This document shows positions 13,411 through 26,585 of a DNA stretch of 64,000 bases, piece by piece. Position numbers and translations under genes: made by a program. This DNA comes from Callorhinchus milii (Eukaryota): the NCBI RefSeq assembly GCF_018977255.1, contig NW_024704742.1, forward strand, positions 15,998,001 to 16,062,000, in the 5' to 3' direction. The notes under the pieces are model-generated. The model made no database searches and was not told the DNA's origin. It worked only from the letters and a program-made list of their open reading frames with translations. Position 1 is the stretch's first letter, and every line of letters begins with the position of its first letter.

Positions 13411-13929
13411 GTTATGGAGAGAGCAGGATTTAATTAAGTATTAACTTAATTAAATAATGGTCAAAGCAGCAGCAAAAATAATACAAATGTGAAATTACTT
13501 CAAAATTAGTTCTATATTTTATTGTACTGTGGCTTGCAACAATCGAGATGATTACTGAATATTCCAAAATATAGTACTTACAAACTGAACCTTGAATATT
13601 AATCAAATGCCAGTCATGTCCCCCTAACATCTGGCTGCATGATTCATTGAGGAAAAAGAGCACACAGTTGACTTTTCGCTCACTGCTCATTTTGTATGAT
13701 TTACTGTCAAGGTCTGATGGAGTAACTGGGCCGGTTACTGTGCACTTTTGTAGGTTTCTTGTTTTTTGCTGGCAGTAAAGGAGCTTGTTCTGATTTACTG
13801 AGAATATCAAATAGATGCAGCATTGCAGCGTCCGTAGAAATGGTGTTCATCTGCAGTAAACCTTCGTATAGTATCTGTTCTGGGCAGATAATGAAAATGC
13901 ATAAGAAAGATGAAAGAACTTGCTTCAAA

Positions 13930-14210
13930 CTGCAACAAATTACATTTATATTGGGCCTTTAACATTGGGAGGACCTCCCAAGGCACTGGACAGTCAGAGA
14001 TTTGGACCCGAGCAAGGAGATTGGGATCAGGGGGTGTGGAGGGCAGGGATGGTATGAGGTAAGACGATGGTCGAATACGCGGTCGAAGAGGGTGGTCTTT
14101 AGACGTGCTTTGAAGAAGGCAAGGGACTGTGCGAGGTGAAGGAACTGTGGAATGGAGTTCCAAAGGGTTGGGGCAGAGAAGCTGAAGGCTCAACCACTGA
14201 TGCTGGGGCA
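13930..14210 (-). mobile_element. L2 LINE 3' fragment
   Basis: 'gggaggacctcccaaggcactggacagtcag...tggagttccaaagggt'; reverse complement of the L2 ORF2 end and 3' UTR. Confidence 0.88.
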
Positions 14211-14299
14211 CGCAGGTACCTTACCACTTCAAGGGATCTTAAAGCGTTTCACTAGTTTTACTGTCAGGTGCAAACCCCACAACCCCACTGTGAGATGAA

Positions 14300-14512
14300 A
14301 GATTAATTTATCTGGGGATTATTGGCCAGGATAGCAGACAATACTTTCATGAGATCTTTCAGTGTCTACCTGAACAAGCAGACAAGACATTGGGTTAACA
14401 TTTTATCCAAAAGGCAGCTCCTCTGACAATGCAGAACTCCCCAGTAGCACACATGGAACCTTAACCCACAACCTTCTGATCTAGAGGCAAGAATATTATC
14501 AATTTAACTAAG
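14300..14512 (-). mobile_element. SINE-B (SacSINE1-like DeuSINE), degraded
   Basis: 'cctgaacaagcagac...ttaacattttatccaaaaggcagc...cccacaaccttctgatctagagg'. Confidence 0.75.
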
Positions 14513-15167
14513 CATATATGATATGCACACGTGTCAGCTTTGCCATGTTATGTATCATAGCATCACAAGCCTGACATCATGATGATTGACAGCAATATCA
14601 CTCAGACTGAAATCCAACACGAGTCTCTTACGCAAAAATGATGAGCTCTTTTGGAATGAAGTGGGCTCGAATCACAAATTTATGGTTGGCTAAGTTAGAC
14701 AATTTTACAAGCAAACATATAGATTTCATATTTGAACTGTGAAGTTCTGAACTCTTTCTATTTGCAGGGTGAATCTGCAGCGATAAAAACAAAAATGTAA
14801 GTAGTTCCAAATTGAGAAAAAAATGCAAATTATTGAAGGTTTTTGCTTTCTATGTTTGTGTTTTTAACTAACTTGTTCTTGTTTGTTTTTGTAGTATAAA
14901 CTGTGCATTGTTACAGAGTATGTGAAAGCTTATTTACAGCTGTCCCCTGGTTTGTGCATGTACCTCATGAGGTAACCATTCCATTCAGCAATTGCTTGCA
15001 TCACCTTTGACAATATTGGCCTTAATATGACTTTTTAATCTGTGAATTGCCAATTGCACTGCATGTAACACTGAATGGAATTTTGCCCACATACACATGT
15101 GGTAGAACCTGAAATTAAATAAAAGATAGGCTAGCAGGTAAGAGAGTCAAAAAAGGGTCCATCAAAA

Positions 15168-15497
15168 GGTGTGTTGCGTGGTCGGAGGTGCTATCCTAAG
15201 GATGAGATGTTAATCCGAGGCAGCCATCACAGATGCCTGTTCAGGTGGACATTAAAGATCCTTGGCACTATTTGAAAAGAGGATGGAGTATCTCCCAGTG
15301 TCTTGGCCAACAATCCCCCAAATAAAATTGATCACTCACTCCATGGCTGTTTGTGGGACACAGCTGTGCACAATTGGTTGCCGCATTTCGCCCACAAATA
15401 TACAGTCAATTCACTTTACAGTCTATTCTGTGAAGCACTTTGAGACTTCTAGAAGACATGAAAAGCACCATTTCAAATACAAGGATTATTGTTATTA
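15168..15497 (+). mobile_element. SINE-B, 5'-truncated
   Basis: Deu-domain core 'ggaggtgct...ggatgagatgttaa...gtggacattaaagatcccttggcactatttg...gtgtcttggccaa' followed by an L2-like tail. Confidence 0.9.
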
Positions 15498-15749
15498 ATT
15501 AAATCTATAATGGAATCTTGCATTTTTTACCCCTATGTTTTGTATTCATATTTTTTCATAACCTGAACCAATCTCAGCTCTGTGTCATGTTAAAGGTGCA
15601 CAGTGGCTATTATACTTATTATGCTTTTTTTAACATTGGGATCAACCTTATTTTAACACTGATCAATAACATTAACAACTATTTTTGTTATATTATTATG
15701 ATAAGATTGTTAGCTTTAGTCATCAATATAAGTTGGATGTAGCTCTCCA

Positions 15750-15995
15750 GGAAGCTCAGGTGGTAAGGTTGTTGCCCAGTGTAAATAAGAAGCATGTCGT
15801 TTAAAAAGCTGAGTTAGCTGCTCTAAGCAAGGGCACAGGAGCACTATTGTTAGTCTAAGCATCACTGGGCTAAAGGGGAGAGAGAATTCAGCCAGTGTCC
15901 TGCTCCAGGATCCCTTTCCAGTTACTTATTCGGCAAAGTGTGCAAGTAAGGATGCTAAGTAAAGACAAGATTGGGTTTCACTGTGATGCCACCAC
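15750..15995 (+). mobile_element. LF-SINE-like ancient SINE
   Basis: Colinear blocks 'gctgagttagctgctctaagc', 'ctgggctaaaggggag...ttcagccagtgtcctgctcc', 'gacaagattgggtttcactgtgatgcc' match the recalled LF-SINE consensus. Confidence 0.75.
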
Positions 15996-16486
15996 CCCAC
16001 CCACACTCTCCTCCATGATTAAAGAGCCTACAAACATTTACCATTGACAGATAGAAAATTGCCACTTGAGTAAGATAAAGGAGAATGACTGACGTCTGCA
16101 GAACCATGCTCAAGCACGAGTTAGTATCTTCAGGAGGGGAGTGTAAAACAAAGTGGAAGAAGAAATTCAAAACCGAGAGCTGATTCACATTGAATATCAA
16201 AGTGCAGAATACGCAGAAAATATCATTTCACTTCCATGTGATCTAGATATAAATTTGTGCTCAATGTGATATTTTGCCTACAAACTACATGGTCACCACA
16301 TTTCACAGGAAATCGTGGGAAGTGCTTTGAAATGTCCTCCCAACACGAAACACAATTAATCAAAAGCAAATATTATTATTACTATTATTATTAATAATAT
16401 ATTTTTGACATTGAAAGGACCAGACAGGATATGTTTCTTAATGATGTTCTGAATCCTAGTCAAAGAAGGAAGGCTTGGATTATGGA

Positions 16487-16570
16487 TTTCAACTGCAAAT
16501 TAGCAAGATATTAACTTTTTAACTGAATAAAAAATTCAAAGGCCAATATCTTGCTAATAAGCAGTCGAAA
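16487..16570. repeat. 84-nt imperfect palindrome (hairpin)
   Basis: Perfect 14-bp core ATTAGCAAGATATT/AATATCTTGCTAAT within arms of about 33 bp. Confidence 0.85.
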
Positions 16571-18629
16571 AGTCCAATGATGCAATTGTGGCTTCTTCAG
16601 TTTCATCATTGAGAATAATGTCAGATCTCCCTCTGACCTATTTCATGAGATAAATATCACATGTTCTGCAAATTTGACTGCATAATTTCAAAATAACATT
16701 TAAGCTGTTCAGCCTCATTTCTTCCCCAGATAACAATTACAATGCCTCTACAAACAATTGATATTCTAAATACAATACATACAATATATTTGTTTAATAG
16801 ATATTCCAGATAAAGGTTTGCCCCAAACTTTGAGTAAATAGACATGTAAAACATTCAACATGTATGAAAATTAATTTGACATCATTGATTATGAAATTTG
16901 GTTCTATAGACATTTCTAAATTTATATTTTTGTCTATTTTTAATCTTCTTGGCTTGAAAACACACTGTTATATAACGAATGGGCGATTTAACTTTTACCA
17001 TAGGTTTAAAAACTACAAGTGATTCATGTGCTGTCCGAAAATGTTTTCAATGAAGCATACAAGAGCATTCATATACGAAGTTTGGTATAAAAGGGAAAAC
17101 AGTCACAAATCTCCCTAAAGGCCTGCAGTCATGTGACAGGATCTCTTGTGAACTGACAGGTGTGGGAGTGCCTGAGGCCAGGAAGACATTTTTATGAAAT
17201 GGTATTTCTCCCAAAGGACAGCTTGGTTCCCAGACTTTGGTTACAGCCAAGTACCTGGCATTGTCTTAAAAGGCACACAGTGAAAAGAAAGCATTAGTTT
17301 CCTTCTTTCAGGAAACAGAATGGTGAACAGTCAAACAGAAGGCGTGCTGGGCCTCGAGCAACACTGACTCCTGATCTGATTTCATTCTAAGAAACATCCG
17401 GCATCTAGGATGGAGGAACATGAATGGATTTGAAGCAACATGTTTAAATGTCTAATCTTTCAGGCTGTCTGAACAGAACCTTTAGGGAATAACCTTATTT
17501 CTTGTTTCTTTTGTTGCCCTTGAGGATAAAGAGATAACACAGACGCAGACACCTGATAGGAAATAGTAAGAATAGCATTAGTTCTATGTAAAGGAAACCC
17601 TTCACATAGAATTAATGCTAATCTTACTTTTAATTAAACAGAGATTTCAGGTAAATGTAAGCAGATTAAAAAAAAATCCTAATCTCTGTCTCAGAAATTA
17701 ATCAAAAAATGCATACCGCAGAACTACAGGCTAGAATACTAATACAATCTTTGCTAAAGTATGACTTAGTTATTTAAGTATTTGATTTTATGCAATTAAA
17801 TAATTATTTGTATATTTCTGATTCCTTAAAAATTCCCTTTTCACAAAAAAATACACATAACCTCCTTAGCTGAAGAGTCAAAGCCACGCAGGCCACAAAC
17901 TTCCTCAGAGTGCTTCACATTGAGATGAAAGTATTTACTAATGTCAAATCTTAATTTGTAGCTCTTGCCTTCCCAGAGAATAATGCTCTGATATGAAGCA
18001 ATCGTACCAGACATGAATTTTATCCGACTAATGGCAGCTGCATTCAATTGATAGACGTCCCTGAGTTTCAGGTCTGACCATCTGGTCTGGAAGCCAGCAT
18101 TGAAAGCACAACACTTCAGCTCACTCACTGTAATTGATGTTTAATTATTAGACAGTAACAAAACAGAACAATAGAGTTGATCATCCGTTTACATTGAGGA
18201 TTTAGCCATTGTCTTAACTTATGTTATACACTGGCTGGACACCAGGCAGAAAGAAGAATGTAGGAATACAAAATTACAAGTAAAAATAATGAATTATTCT
18301 TCTGTCATGCTATTCTGTTAATTACATACCTCCTAATGAGATATTACTCTGGGAAAAACACCACAGGATATTAAGCAGGTCTCCTCCAGGTATTGCATGT
18401 ATGTCACATCAACCCACAAAAAGTTGGCTCCAAGCAGTAATCATGTCTGAGCTGAATTTGCAGTGGGAGGTAGTTTACACTGCCATTTTCATGATGTGTG
18501 CTATTTCAATCCTCCCAACATGAAAGGTGCTATATCAAATGCAAGGATTATGTTTATAACTATTATGTGGCAACTGGTTGAATTATAGATTACATCAAAA
18601 CCGTAAATTCTAATAGGAATCATGGATAA

Positions 18630-18898
18630 CAGTTTGCACTTACACAGCACCTTTCACTTAGAATAAACATCTTAATGAGCTCAACGATTACAATGGAGAG
18701 CATCAAGAAGGGAGGAAGAGGAAGTAAGGATGTTGATCAAAAGCCGAAAAGATAGGAGAGTTTTGATGGGACGGAGAAAGGAACCAAGGCAAAGAGATTT
18801 TTTAAGTGAATTCCAAAGGTCAGGTGCAGTGCCTGAAGGCTCAGCCACAAATTGTGGAGTGAGGAACAGATAATTGAAATGGGATTGGAAAAGCACAG
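18630..18898 (-). mobile_element. Degraded L2 3' fragment, abutted or interrupted by SINE-A
   Basis: Minus strand encodes APDLWNSL, a motif of the L2 ORF2 C-terminus; tail remnant 'acagcacctttcac'. Confidence 0.75.
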
Positions 18899-19228
18899 TA
18901 ATAATAATAATAATAATAATCCTTGCATTTGATATAGCGCTTTTCACGTCGGGAGGACGTCCCAAAGCGCTTCACAGATCACACTGTAAAGTGAATTGAC
19001 TGTATACTTGTGGGCGAACGCGGCAGCCAATTGCTCACAGCAATGTCCCACAAACAGTCGTAGATTGAAAATGACCAATTTATTATTGCTTTTTTTTTTT
19101 TGGAGGGATTATTATTAGGCTCCGTGTGGAGTAAGGAAACTTGCCCAAGGTTTCGACCTGCCTGGAATTGAACTCAGGTCTCTCGCTTGCAAAGCGAGTG
19201 CTCTAACCACTGAGCTACAGGACTCTAC
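18899..19228 (-). mobile_element. SINE-A, short form, young
   Basis: Full length, near-identical to 9337-9671; loop CTCCC. Confidence 0.96.
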
Positions 19229-19557
19229 ATGGGCAGAAGAGTACGTTGGAGGAGATTGTATAAATAGGAAGGGGTGATATATTAATCCACAATTTGTGCA
19301 AGACACTAGGAATGTTATACTACAATATTTTTGTATCAGGCAGTGATAGTATTTGTAATTCGTTGCATCTATATTCATCTCTTTCTTAGCTTTTCAATAC
19401 CACATGACTTAAAACAAAATGTGCAACAAGGTAGAAGGTCAAACCTCACTATGAGGAAAAATATGCAACAACATATAACAAATTTGATCTGGAACCTTAC
19501 TGAAATGTCATATATAAGTGCTTAAATATTGGTAGCGCAACGCACAAATTAGACCCA

Positions 19558-19925
19558 ATTGAAGGTCTTCAGGTGCGATTTGAAGACAGCCAAGGAGAAG
19601 GCAAGACGGAGGGATTGAAGAAGGGAGTTCCAGAGTTTCAGGGCATAGTGGCTAAAAGTACGGCCGTTGATGGTAGAGTGGAGAGGACAAGTGACGTGCA
19701 GCAGGCTGGAGCCTGCTGAGCGAAGGAGGCGGCTGGAGAAGTGGGATATGAGCAGGTTGAAGAGGTAGTGAGGTACTAGGGCACAAAGTAATTCGTGAGT
19801 GAGTGTGAGGATTTTGAAATCAATGAATTCTGCAATAGGCAGCCAGCAGAACCTGGTAATGACTGGGTTAATGGGGGTACAAAGTTTCATATGGGTACAG
19901 CCAGCAGAGTTTTCAATCAGTTGGA
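19558..19925 (-). mobile_element. L2 ORF2 C-terminal fragment
   Basis: ORF 19549-19965 contains WLPIAEFIDFKIL...LWNSL...FKSHLKT. Confidence 0.92.
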
Positions 19926-21139
19926 TTTTGTCATTCCAAATTGTTCCAGATAACATTCCAAACAATTTTAATTATCTTTTTCTGTTCTTGCCTATAACTT
20001 CCAACCACATTGCTAGTCAGCAATGTATGCAAATTTTTAACAATACAATTGAGTCAATCTGAGTTACCCTGTATCCTGTGAAATGAGGCACTCCACAATT
20101 GGCAATGATGACCTAATGATGACCACACCAGGTCCACCCTGAACTGCGTAAGGATTACAAGGAATGCAATAAAAGTTAACTGTGTTCAAAGAGTTACTTA
20201 GGGTTTAAGTAATTCAGAAATACATTACCCATTCATTGCAAATAAAAATGTAATAATAAAAGTTAGAACTGAGACATAACGTTAGACCTGAGACACTGCC
20301 TTACATCAAATAGCACCTTTCACTTTGGGAGGATGTTCCATGGTGTTGGAATTTACCATTTTATCTTTATTTCTAATGCATAGCAATTGCATGATATTTA
20401 ACAGTAGTTTATCTTGTGAGGTTTGATGTCATACACCACATATACATTTACATTCATTATGAGTAATGAAATAAGTACTACTTATGTGTCTCAGTGGGCT
20501 TCTACATTTTGTAAAAACAATTGAATATTCTGACAAGAGTCCTTGGGGAACTCATTATATACCTTTTTGTATTGCCTTACAATCTCTGTGCTTTCTCTGT
20601 GTTGCTTTCTGACTTGTCTCTGTCTCTTATTTTTCCAACTCTTTGCACTTGCCAGACAATTTCTCTGTATCCCTGCATGATTCTTTCCATATTTACTCAA
20701 ATACAAGGTTACCCTGAATCTAAGGTGCTGATAGATTTTAGAGGGTTTGTGAAAAAAGAGAACATTTCTGTAGTTCAAAGATGCCATTGATTGTGCCTGA
20801 CTCTGGAGGTACTTTTTAATAAAACAAAACACGCCTTCGAGATTCTAGTAAAACAACAGCAAAAAGCATTCTCAGCTGTTACCATGAAGCTGAAGCAGGG
20901 ATTGGTTGGAATGCAGTGCTGATTGAGCACAGTCTTTCATCAGATGGAGACACTGTACCAAATCACTTGACTATCTCATAACTTTGATCTTACTGAAATT
21001 CTTCTCCAAATCCTCTAACTTTCAATCAAGATCTTTCTGACTCCAGATGGCCTAGTGTGAATTTAGAAGCCAAATATTTATAACTGAGATTGTAATGTTG
21101 GAAATCCCAATACAGTGACTAATATCTCAGTATTCTAGC

Positions 21140-21512
21140 ATAGATTGCTGTCCACAGCAGAGATTAGATAAAGAAAGTCCTTCAGTCCGTTTAACGTCAT
21201 CCTTCCAGAATACCAACCAAACTACCCATTGCAGCACCAACTTGTTTCTTGGAATGAGTCCCATGTCCTGAGCTAAACCATCTGTCCTGGTAACAGTTTC
21301 GGCATTTGAATCTTTTATATAAATACATACTTCCTGGTCTGTTCTCATTTTGCCCTTCACAATCCTGAACTTGTGCCCTCTTGTCCTAGATAACATATCT
21401 TTGTGGTTCTGAATCTATCTCATTTAGTATCCTATAGATCTTTATAAGGTCCCCTATGATACATCTCTTTTTGAGGCTCAATAACCATAGGTTATCTAAC
21501 CATTCGTCATCT
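21140..21512 (-). mobile_element. CR1 LINE ORF2 C-terminus and 3' UTR, degraded
   Basis: Minus strand gives DEWLDNLWLLSLKKR..GDL and SRTRGHKFRI; CR1 motifs are LFSLEKRRLRGDL and TRGH. Confidence 0.8.
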
Positions 21513-22659
21513 GCAGGGAAATTGGTTCTGGAGTTATAGCAGCACAGCACTTACACTTATATGTACATATTTGTTCTGCCTTGGGAGAAAAATCTATTTT
21601 AATCTATTTGAGATATGAAATCAATTGTGTGTTTAGTATTATCATTGTTAGCCCTAAGTGGTGGGAAGTATTATCCAAACAATCCATCATTGCCAAAGTG
21701 GCAATATGCAACAATTTTAATCCTGTCAGATCGTGTGGAAATCATTGAACGTTAAAATTAGAAGAAGACTGAAAGCTCATTCAGCATGGTTAGCATAAAA
21801 ATGTGGTTACAACCGGATGATATCTAAATTGTTCTCAAGAATGAAATACAATGAAACATATAACTGAGAAAATATAACACAATTTACAATACAATTTGTA
21901 TTTTTACAGTGCCTTTCATTCAGGAGGATGTACTTCATACTCTTGGCTGGGCACCTGATATGGTAGGTGAAACTTCCGGCTGAACAAAAACAATTGGGGG
22001 GGTGGGAGCTGAAGAAAATGAGGAGGGAAAAGATGGAACAGAATGTAATATCTGGAGCATTGCTGGTCATGACTCTCTTCTCTTTTCCAATAGAGTTTTG
22101 GGTTGTAAATTACTAGTAAATTGGATCAGAAGAATTAATCTTCCTAATTTTAATTAGGCAAAATAGAGAGGCATTTTAAACTACTTAAACAACCCGCAGA
22201 CCAGAACATGCAGGGGCTGCTGATCTTGACAACGTAAAACCGCTTTCTGTATTGTCATTATTTATTGAACAGCACCAAGAGTGAATCTGGTACAATCATT
22301 TTAAAAGGAAAATGCGGATGACTTCTCTGTAGATGCATTATGGGTCTGGGCAATGTGTAATTATTTTTAAATTAAAATTTGATATGTTATTAAAGAAGGT
22401 TAACTGAATCAATGCATCAAGTATTATGTTCTGTCTATTAAATGTAAAGTTCTATGTATTCAACTTCCAGGTGTGTGTATGTTGTCATAGATATCAAAAC
22501 ACATACATAATACCTCTTAAATGCAAATAAGATTCTCAGAAAATATTTTGACAATATAATTCACTATTTGATATCAAATGTAATGAAATCATTCCCAAAG
22601 TGTATTATATCATAGATTAAAGATATAATACACTATAGGTTTTACATTCAAAATATATT

Positions 22660-22840
22660 ATCAGTTTGGCTCAATTGGAAGGACTCTCATCTCTAGGTTA
22701 GAAGGTTGTCAATACAAATCCCATGACGGGGACGTTGAATTTATGCCATAGGTTGATACTTCAATGCAGTATTGGGGGAGCATTAATTGCTGGAAGTGCT
22801 GTCCTTCTGATTATACATTAAACTGAGGTCTGTCTGCCGA
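22660..22840 (+). mobile_element. SINE-B 5' half
   Basis: 'tcagtttggctcaattgg...actctcatctctaggttagaaggttg...ttaaactgaggtctgtctgcc'. Confidence 0.78.
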
Positions 22841-22920
22841 AGGGAGTCTGGATCAACAATACTCCAAATGAAGTCACTACCTGGATTTTCTGTGCAAATT
22901 GCCTACAGAATTAGCTTACA

Positions 22921-23246
22921 AATAATAATAATATTAATCCTTACATTTGATATAGCTCCTTATCACTTCTTCAAGATGTCGCTAAGCACTTCACAGAATA
23001 TACTGCAAAGTGAATTGACTCTATATTTTGTGAGTGAAAGCGGCAGCCAATTGTCCCACAAACAATTGTGGTTTGAGTGGCCAATTATAATTGTTATAAT
23101 TTTTTTTTGACGGGATTATTACCCCGGGAAAGCGATCCACCAACCGACTAACAATCGAGTTCCTACTTACTGCTAGGTAAACAGAGGCGTGTAGAGTAAG
23201 GAAACTTGCCTAACATTTCACCCTGCCTAGGAATCGAACCTGGGCC
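22921..23246 (-). mobile_element. SINE-A, long form, 5'-truncated
   Basis: CORE-like 'ttcctacttactgctaggtaaacagaggcgtg'; the head is cut just upstream of box B. Confidence 0.9.
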
Positions 23247-24065
23247 TGCTCAAATACACAGTCACGATATTTAACATTGAGATTTCTGCAAAAGTTCTGA
23301 GAAACTTCAACATTGTAGACTCTATATCAGGTACAAGGATTAATATAATGAGGGTCAAAACACAACCTGAGTTCCAATTTACATTTCTAGAACTGTGTTC
23401 TAAGAGAATATTACATACAAATATGGGTTCCAGAAATATATGCTATTATGAGATATCCTATAAGTCCAGCAATACAATACAGTTTATATATATATATAGT
23501 GCCTATCATGTTGGAAGGATGTCTTAAAGGGATTTACACAGATCCAGGTCAGGTGGCTACATTTCATATTTTTTCTTGTTTCCACACAATCTACAGTGTG
23601 ATGCATTTAACTAGTTAATTTTTAATACCAAAACATGGATCTGAACATAAGCAGAATGCACAGTCTCTGTTCTTTTACAAGTAAGATCTGTTTAGGAAAA
23701 TTTCAGTAGAGGCTGAAGTTTTTCTTTTATGCCTTACATGTTAACATCTACCAGTCAATTTGCATGACTTAAACCTCCCACATCGTCCAAATGAAAAGAA
23801 GAAAGGGAGTGAAATTTACAACTTCAAAACATTTCACCATGTTAATTATAACATTAAACATGTTATGAAATACAACAACATTTCCTCCATTGACTTATGA
23901 GTGCTGTCATAATAATTTTAAGAACAACTTGCATTTACATAGTGCCCTTCACACCACATACTTTTGAATAAAGCAATTGTGACTTGTGAAGCTCTTTTTC
24001 ACATTGCTGACTAACCGAGCTCCAGTTTCTTCAACTTCGGAGTGAAAATGCTTGCAGCGTAGATG

Positions 24066-25727
24066 CTGAACCCTGTCATCAACCCCTCTGTCAACACCAC
24101 CATATCCTCCATGAAGCTTACCACCTGCTCCTTGGACCCCATCCCCACCCCTCTCCTTAAATCCCAGCTCCACCTCCTTGCCCCACTACTCGCCGACATC
24201 ACCAACCTCTCCCTGTCGTCTGGCACTGTTTCTTCCCCCCTCAAAACAGCCATTATCACTCCAACCTTGATGAAACCTTCCCTTGACCCATCACAGCTAT
24301 CCGGCTACTGGCCCATCTCCCCCTTTTGTGTCTAAGGTCCTTGAGAGCCGTCGTCTCCCAGCTTCGCTCTTTCCTCTCCTCCCACTCCCATGAACCCCTC
24401 CAATCGGGTTTCCATCCAGCCCACGGCACGGAAACTGCTCTGGTCAAGGCCACAAATGACTTCCTGACCATGTGTGACCAGGGCTGCTTTTGTCTTCTCG
24501 TCCTCCTCAACCTCTCCACCACCTTTGATACTGTGGACCACTCAATCCTCCTCCACTGACTCTCCTCCCCCCTCAACCTTCAAGGTTCTGTCCTTGACTG
24601 GTTCAGGTCCTACCTTTCACACCGCATCCACTTTGTCTCTGCAAACGGCTTCTCCTCCAGCCCCCGCACCATCTACATGTAGTGGTCCTCAGGGCTCTGT
24701 CCTCGGTCCCCTCCTCTTCACTCTCTACATGCTTCCCCTTGGTGACATCAACCGTAGACATGGGGTAAATTTCCACATGGATGCGGATGACACCCAACTC
24801 TATCTCTCTGTCTCCATCCTCAACTCCAGGACTACTGGCGTCCTGACCGACTGCCTGTCCGACATCAAGTCCTGGACGAGGGACACCTTTCTCCAACTCA
24901 ACGTCAGCAAGACCGAGGCCCTCTTGATTGGCTCGCGCCAGCGCCTCTGCACCTCGGGCGCTGGCAGCATCAGCTTCCACGGCTGCACACACAACCTCAC
25001 TAAGTCAGTCAGGAACCTTGGGTGTCTTGTTTGACCCTGAACTGTCATTTCTTCCCCACATCCACGCCATGACCGGCACTGCCTACCACCATCTCCGCAA
25101 CATTGCCAGACTCCGTCACTGCCTCACCCCTCAGGCTGCCGAAACCCTCACCTACGCATTCGTCACATCAAGGCTCGATTATGGAAACTCCCTCCTCATC
25201 AGCCTTCCCAACTCTTCCCTTCACAAGCTGCAGATCATCCAAAAATCTGCAACTCGTGTGCTCTCACGCACCAGGCTCCGTGACCCCCATCACTCCCACC
25301 CTCGCCCGACTCCACTGGCTCCCCGTCCCTTAGAGGATCAAATTCAAGATCCTCGTTCTCACTTTCAAGGCCATCCATGGCCTTGCCCCCTCCCACCTCT
25401 CTGACCTGCTATCTCCCTACCAACCTGCCTGCTCCCTCCGTTCAGCAGGCTCCGGCCTGCTCTATGTCTCCCGCCCGACCCACCCTACCATCGGTGGCCG
25501 GGCTTTCAGCTTCTCTGTCTCCACACTTTGGAACTCCATCCCACAGTCCCTTCGCCTCGCTTCCTTCCTTGCCTCCTTCAAGGCCGGTCTTAAGACCTTC
25601 CTCTTCGATCATGCCTTCAGTCGCCCTCCCCCATGCTCGGATCCTGACCCCTGACTGTCCTGCGCCTTGGAATGTCCTCCTGACATGAAAGGCGCTCTAT
25701 AAATGTAATTTTGCTGTTGTTATTGTT
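24066..25727 (+). mobile_element. L2-clade LINE, 5'-truncated, frameshifted RT pseudogene
   Basis: RT motifs [51 protein letters not shown] (YADD mutated), SRLDYGNS; 3' hairpin and (GTT)n tail. Confidence 0.97.
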
Positions 25728-26394
25728 GAACTCAGTAGTAATCTTCATTTTCATAGATAATAGAGAATTCTTTATTTTTATTTTGCTCCCTCAGAACATG
25801 ATAGCATTTTATTTGTTGTCAAATGGCTTCAAAAACAATACATATCTCAAAGATCAACAAAACAAGTGTGACATCAGTCAATCCTGAGGGATGTCTTGTT
25901 TCCATAATTCAAGATTCCTTTACCACCAAGAACAATGAATTCTTATAAAATTAAACAACCAAAAGCTATTTTGTTCTCCTCTGCCTTTTACTCTCCAATT
26001 GTACACAATCCTGGCTCTGTCAAGATGTGTAATATAGTTACAAAAGACTTCCATGGTGCAAAATGCATTGGTGAACAGTGCAAAATTAGTTCACTTGAAT
26101 CTAATATGAAGTGTCTTTTATTATCTTCTCAATCCCAAGCCAATGCAAAAAGATGTAGGCAATATAAAAGCCATTACGAGCTCAGCTTTACTGCTTTACT
26201 GCTGGAAGCAATAGTGCTTTGCATCCATCAGTAGAATCAGGGCAGTAAATTCAACTCCAACCATTAGAAGTCTTGTAATCTGACGCAGATTCAAAGCAAA
26301 CCAGAAATATGGATGAATTCCGATCTTAGGAGCAAATTACAAGATCTCAATATCTCATTTATGTAACTGTAATGAATAATCTTTTCACTCTGAA

Positions 26395-26458
26395 CTTGGT
26401 GCACTCTGGAACGCTACCCCGCATGAAGGGTGCTATATAAATGCAAGTTGTTGTTGTA
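26395..26458 (+). mobile_element. L2 subfamily-2 3' tail
   Basis: 'gcactctggaacgctaccccgcatgaagggtgctatataaatgcaagttgttgttg'. Confidence 0.75.
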
Positions 26459-26477
26459 GATAAATATCTAAAATGAA

Positions 26478-26585
26478 GTAAACTACAGAGATATGGGGAA
26501 AGGGCAGGAAAGGATTTCTCTTTAAAAGATCCGGCACAATCACAATAGGCCAAATTACCTTCTTCTGTGGTATGAATATCTATGG
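26478..26585 (+). mobile_element. CR1-type 3' UTR fragment
   Basis: 'gatatggggaaagggcagga...ggcacaatcacaataggccaaattaccttcttctgtg'. Confidence 0.6.

Noticed and set aside
14895..14971. Plus-strand exon with kinase-like LCIVTEY
   Set aside because: The following residues do not fit kinase subdomain V, and no other kinase exons were found.
24063..25688. Functional reverse transcriptase gene
   Set aside because: 5'-truncated, no endonuclease domain, multiple frameshifts and stops, YADD mutated to DADD.
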